A stretch of DNA of 64,000 nt from a virus. The first letter of the stretch is position 1; every line of letters begins with the position of its first letter. The notes below the pieces were generated by a model that saw nothing but the letters and a program-made list of their open reading frames with translations, had not been told where the DNA came from and did not search any database. Below, one piece after another: positions 62,938 to 64,000 of this stretch. The stretch is from positions 1-64,000 of IMG/VR virus record IMGVR_UViG_3300019854_000029; one strand, 5' to 3'. Both the position numbers and the translations under genes were made by a program.

Positions 62938-64000
62938 ATGGAACTGCTGATGATGGTTGTTCACCCGACTGCCACTAAGGATTACTTGGCTGTGTGGCGA
63001 CTGTCGGGCGTTAACGCCTCGAAAGAGATCACGCCTGACAACGTGAGGGCTGCTGCGCTCAAGCACAAGGATGAGGCTTCTGGTGACGCGAAGAAAGTGA
63101 TTGACGTTGTTGCTGACATTGAGGGCGCGGAAAGTGAAGTGCTTGGTGCCGGAGTACTGTTCACGCCTCAAGCTGTTAAGGGCATTGCCGAGAGCCACTT
63201 GAAGGAGCGCCCCGACTACGAGGAGTGCGTCGTCGTTGACTACTGTTCTTCCACGCTCCTTTGGGGCAAGGACGGCGAGTGGGAGACCATGCCGCTATTC
63301 ACGGACGACGCGGGTAACGCGGACGACGCATCGGACACGCCCCTCGCTGAGCTATTGAAGCGCGTCGAGGTCTCAGACCTGACCGCGTTCACTGGCGAGA
63401 AGGCTCGTATTCGCACAGAACGATCAGTGAAGCGCCACTGGCCTTACGTGTTGAAGGTCAAGAAGGTCCGCGAGGTTCCCGATGAGGAACTTACCGGCCT
63501 GCGTAAAGACATTAAGGGCCTGCGCCTGTTGGATATTGCGCTTGAGACCGGCGTTGTTCACCTGCTTGTCCCTAACTGTAAGGACGTGCGCGGGGGAGAG
63601 GCGCAACGTTACTTGTGGCATAAGCAACTGGCGCGCGCCATCTACGCTTTCGAGCGAGATAGGGTTGCTCAAAAGAAGATGCAAGCCGGTCAGGAGAAAA
63701 TCTTGATTCGCTACGGTGAGTCAGAAAACCCGGTGTGTGTGGCGATCACAGCGGAAGCGTTGAAGCGGGAGCTTACTATCGACGGCGAACCCGAAAAGGG
63801 CGCTACGAAGCACGTCTACACGGCAGATGGCATCACGATCATTCGCTACGGTGAGCGTGGCTGGGAATGGAGTTACTTCGATATTGGGGAGGGGAAGCAC
63901 CTAGTGCAGCGCACCGGCCAGAACGGTGAAGGGATATTCGTTCTCAAACAGAGCGCATGGTGTCTGCTACGGGATGCCGTGGACTTCAAGGCCCCCGCAA
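62938..64000 (+). CDS. hypothetical protein, 3'-truncated by the window end (not in the ORF track)
   Basis: ATG 62938 follows GGAAGGAAAAGAG. The frame stays open for 354 codons to the window edge (MELLMMVVHPTATKDYLAVWRLSG ... AVDFKAPA). It is absent from the track, presumably because no stop codon is reached. Confidence 0.7.
   Translation, partial: MELLMMVVHPTATKDYLAVWRLSGVNASKEITPDNVRAAALKHKDEASGDAKKVIDVVADIEGAESEVLGAGVLFTPQAVKGIAESHLKERPDYEECVVVDYCSSTLLWGKDGEWETMPLFTDDAGNADDASDTPLAELLKRVEVSDLTAFTGEKARIRTERSVKRHWPYVLKVKKVREVPDEELTGLRKDIKGLRLLDIALETGVVHLLVPNCKDVRGGEAQRYLWHKQLARAIYAFERDRVAQKKMQAGQEKILIRYGESENPVCVAITAEALKRELTIDGEPEKGATKHVYTADGITIIRYGERGWEWSYFDIGEGKHLVQRTGQNGEGIFVLKQSAWCLLRDAVDFKAPA

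Overview
All calls come from reading the sequence and ORF track by eye; no database search or folding program was run. The window is about 64 kb of an actinobacterial extrachromosomal or mobile element, either a conjugative-plasmid-like or a phage-plasmid-like replicon. Phylum clues are an SSB ending in PPF, LAHTG sorting signals, LGFP repeats and NrdH. I recognised no rRNA, CRISPR, transposase, integrase, relaxase or capsid genes. About 70 protein genes lie in long co-directional blocks separated by strong hairpin terminators. Recognisable functions are: a Ro60/Rsr (TROVE+vWA) protein next to a tRNA-Ser(GCU) and a Y-RNA-like stem-loop; two P-loop-kinase/HD fusion proteins; a stand-alone HD hydrolase; a metallophosphoesterase; NrdH; SSB; a ParB-HNH fusion; a protein holding only the LigA Zn-finger/HhH module; three XRE regulators; a giant ~1500-aa P-loop protein; an envelope operon with three peptidoglycan-hydrolase-type proteins; and LAHTG-anchored adhesins (TQXA/VaFE type). 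Most of the rest consists of unrecognisable paralog families. Ten proteins share a sigma-70-region-4-like HTH in three domain architectures. Six proteins form an 'MxYxP' family, and there is a two-member family D. Main leads: (1) A 13-kb divergent island (14.2-27.2 kb) is built from these families around HD enzymes, and a kinase-HD -> E-protein gene pair occurs twice. (2) The rsr / Y-like RNA / tRNA module. (3) A ~430-bp iteron-packed inverted repeat at 1-429 and 60799-61227 brackets ~60 kb, with mirror-image arrays of HTH paralogs just inside each copy. (4) An upstream element recurs in front of at least six transcription units. (5) The 1.3-kb non-coding region at 12.9-14.2 kb shows strand-specific RNA structures, including a small RNA candidate with its own promoter and terminator.
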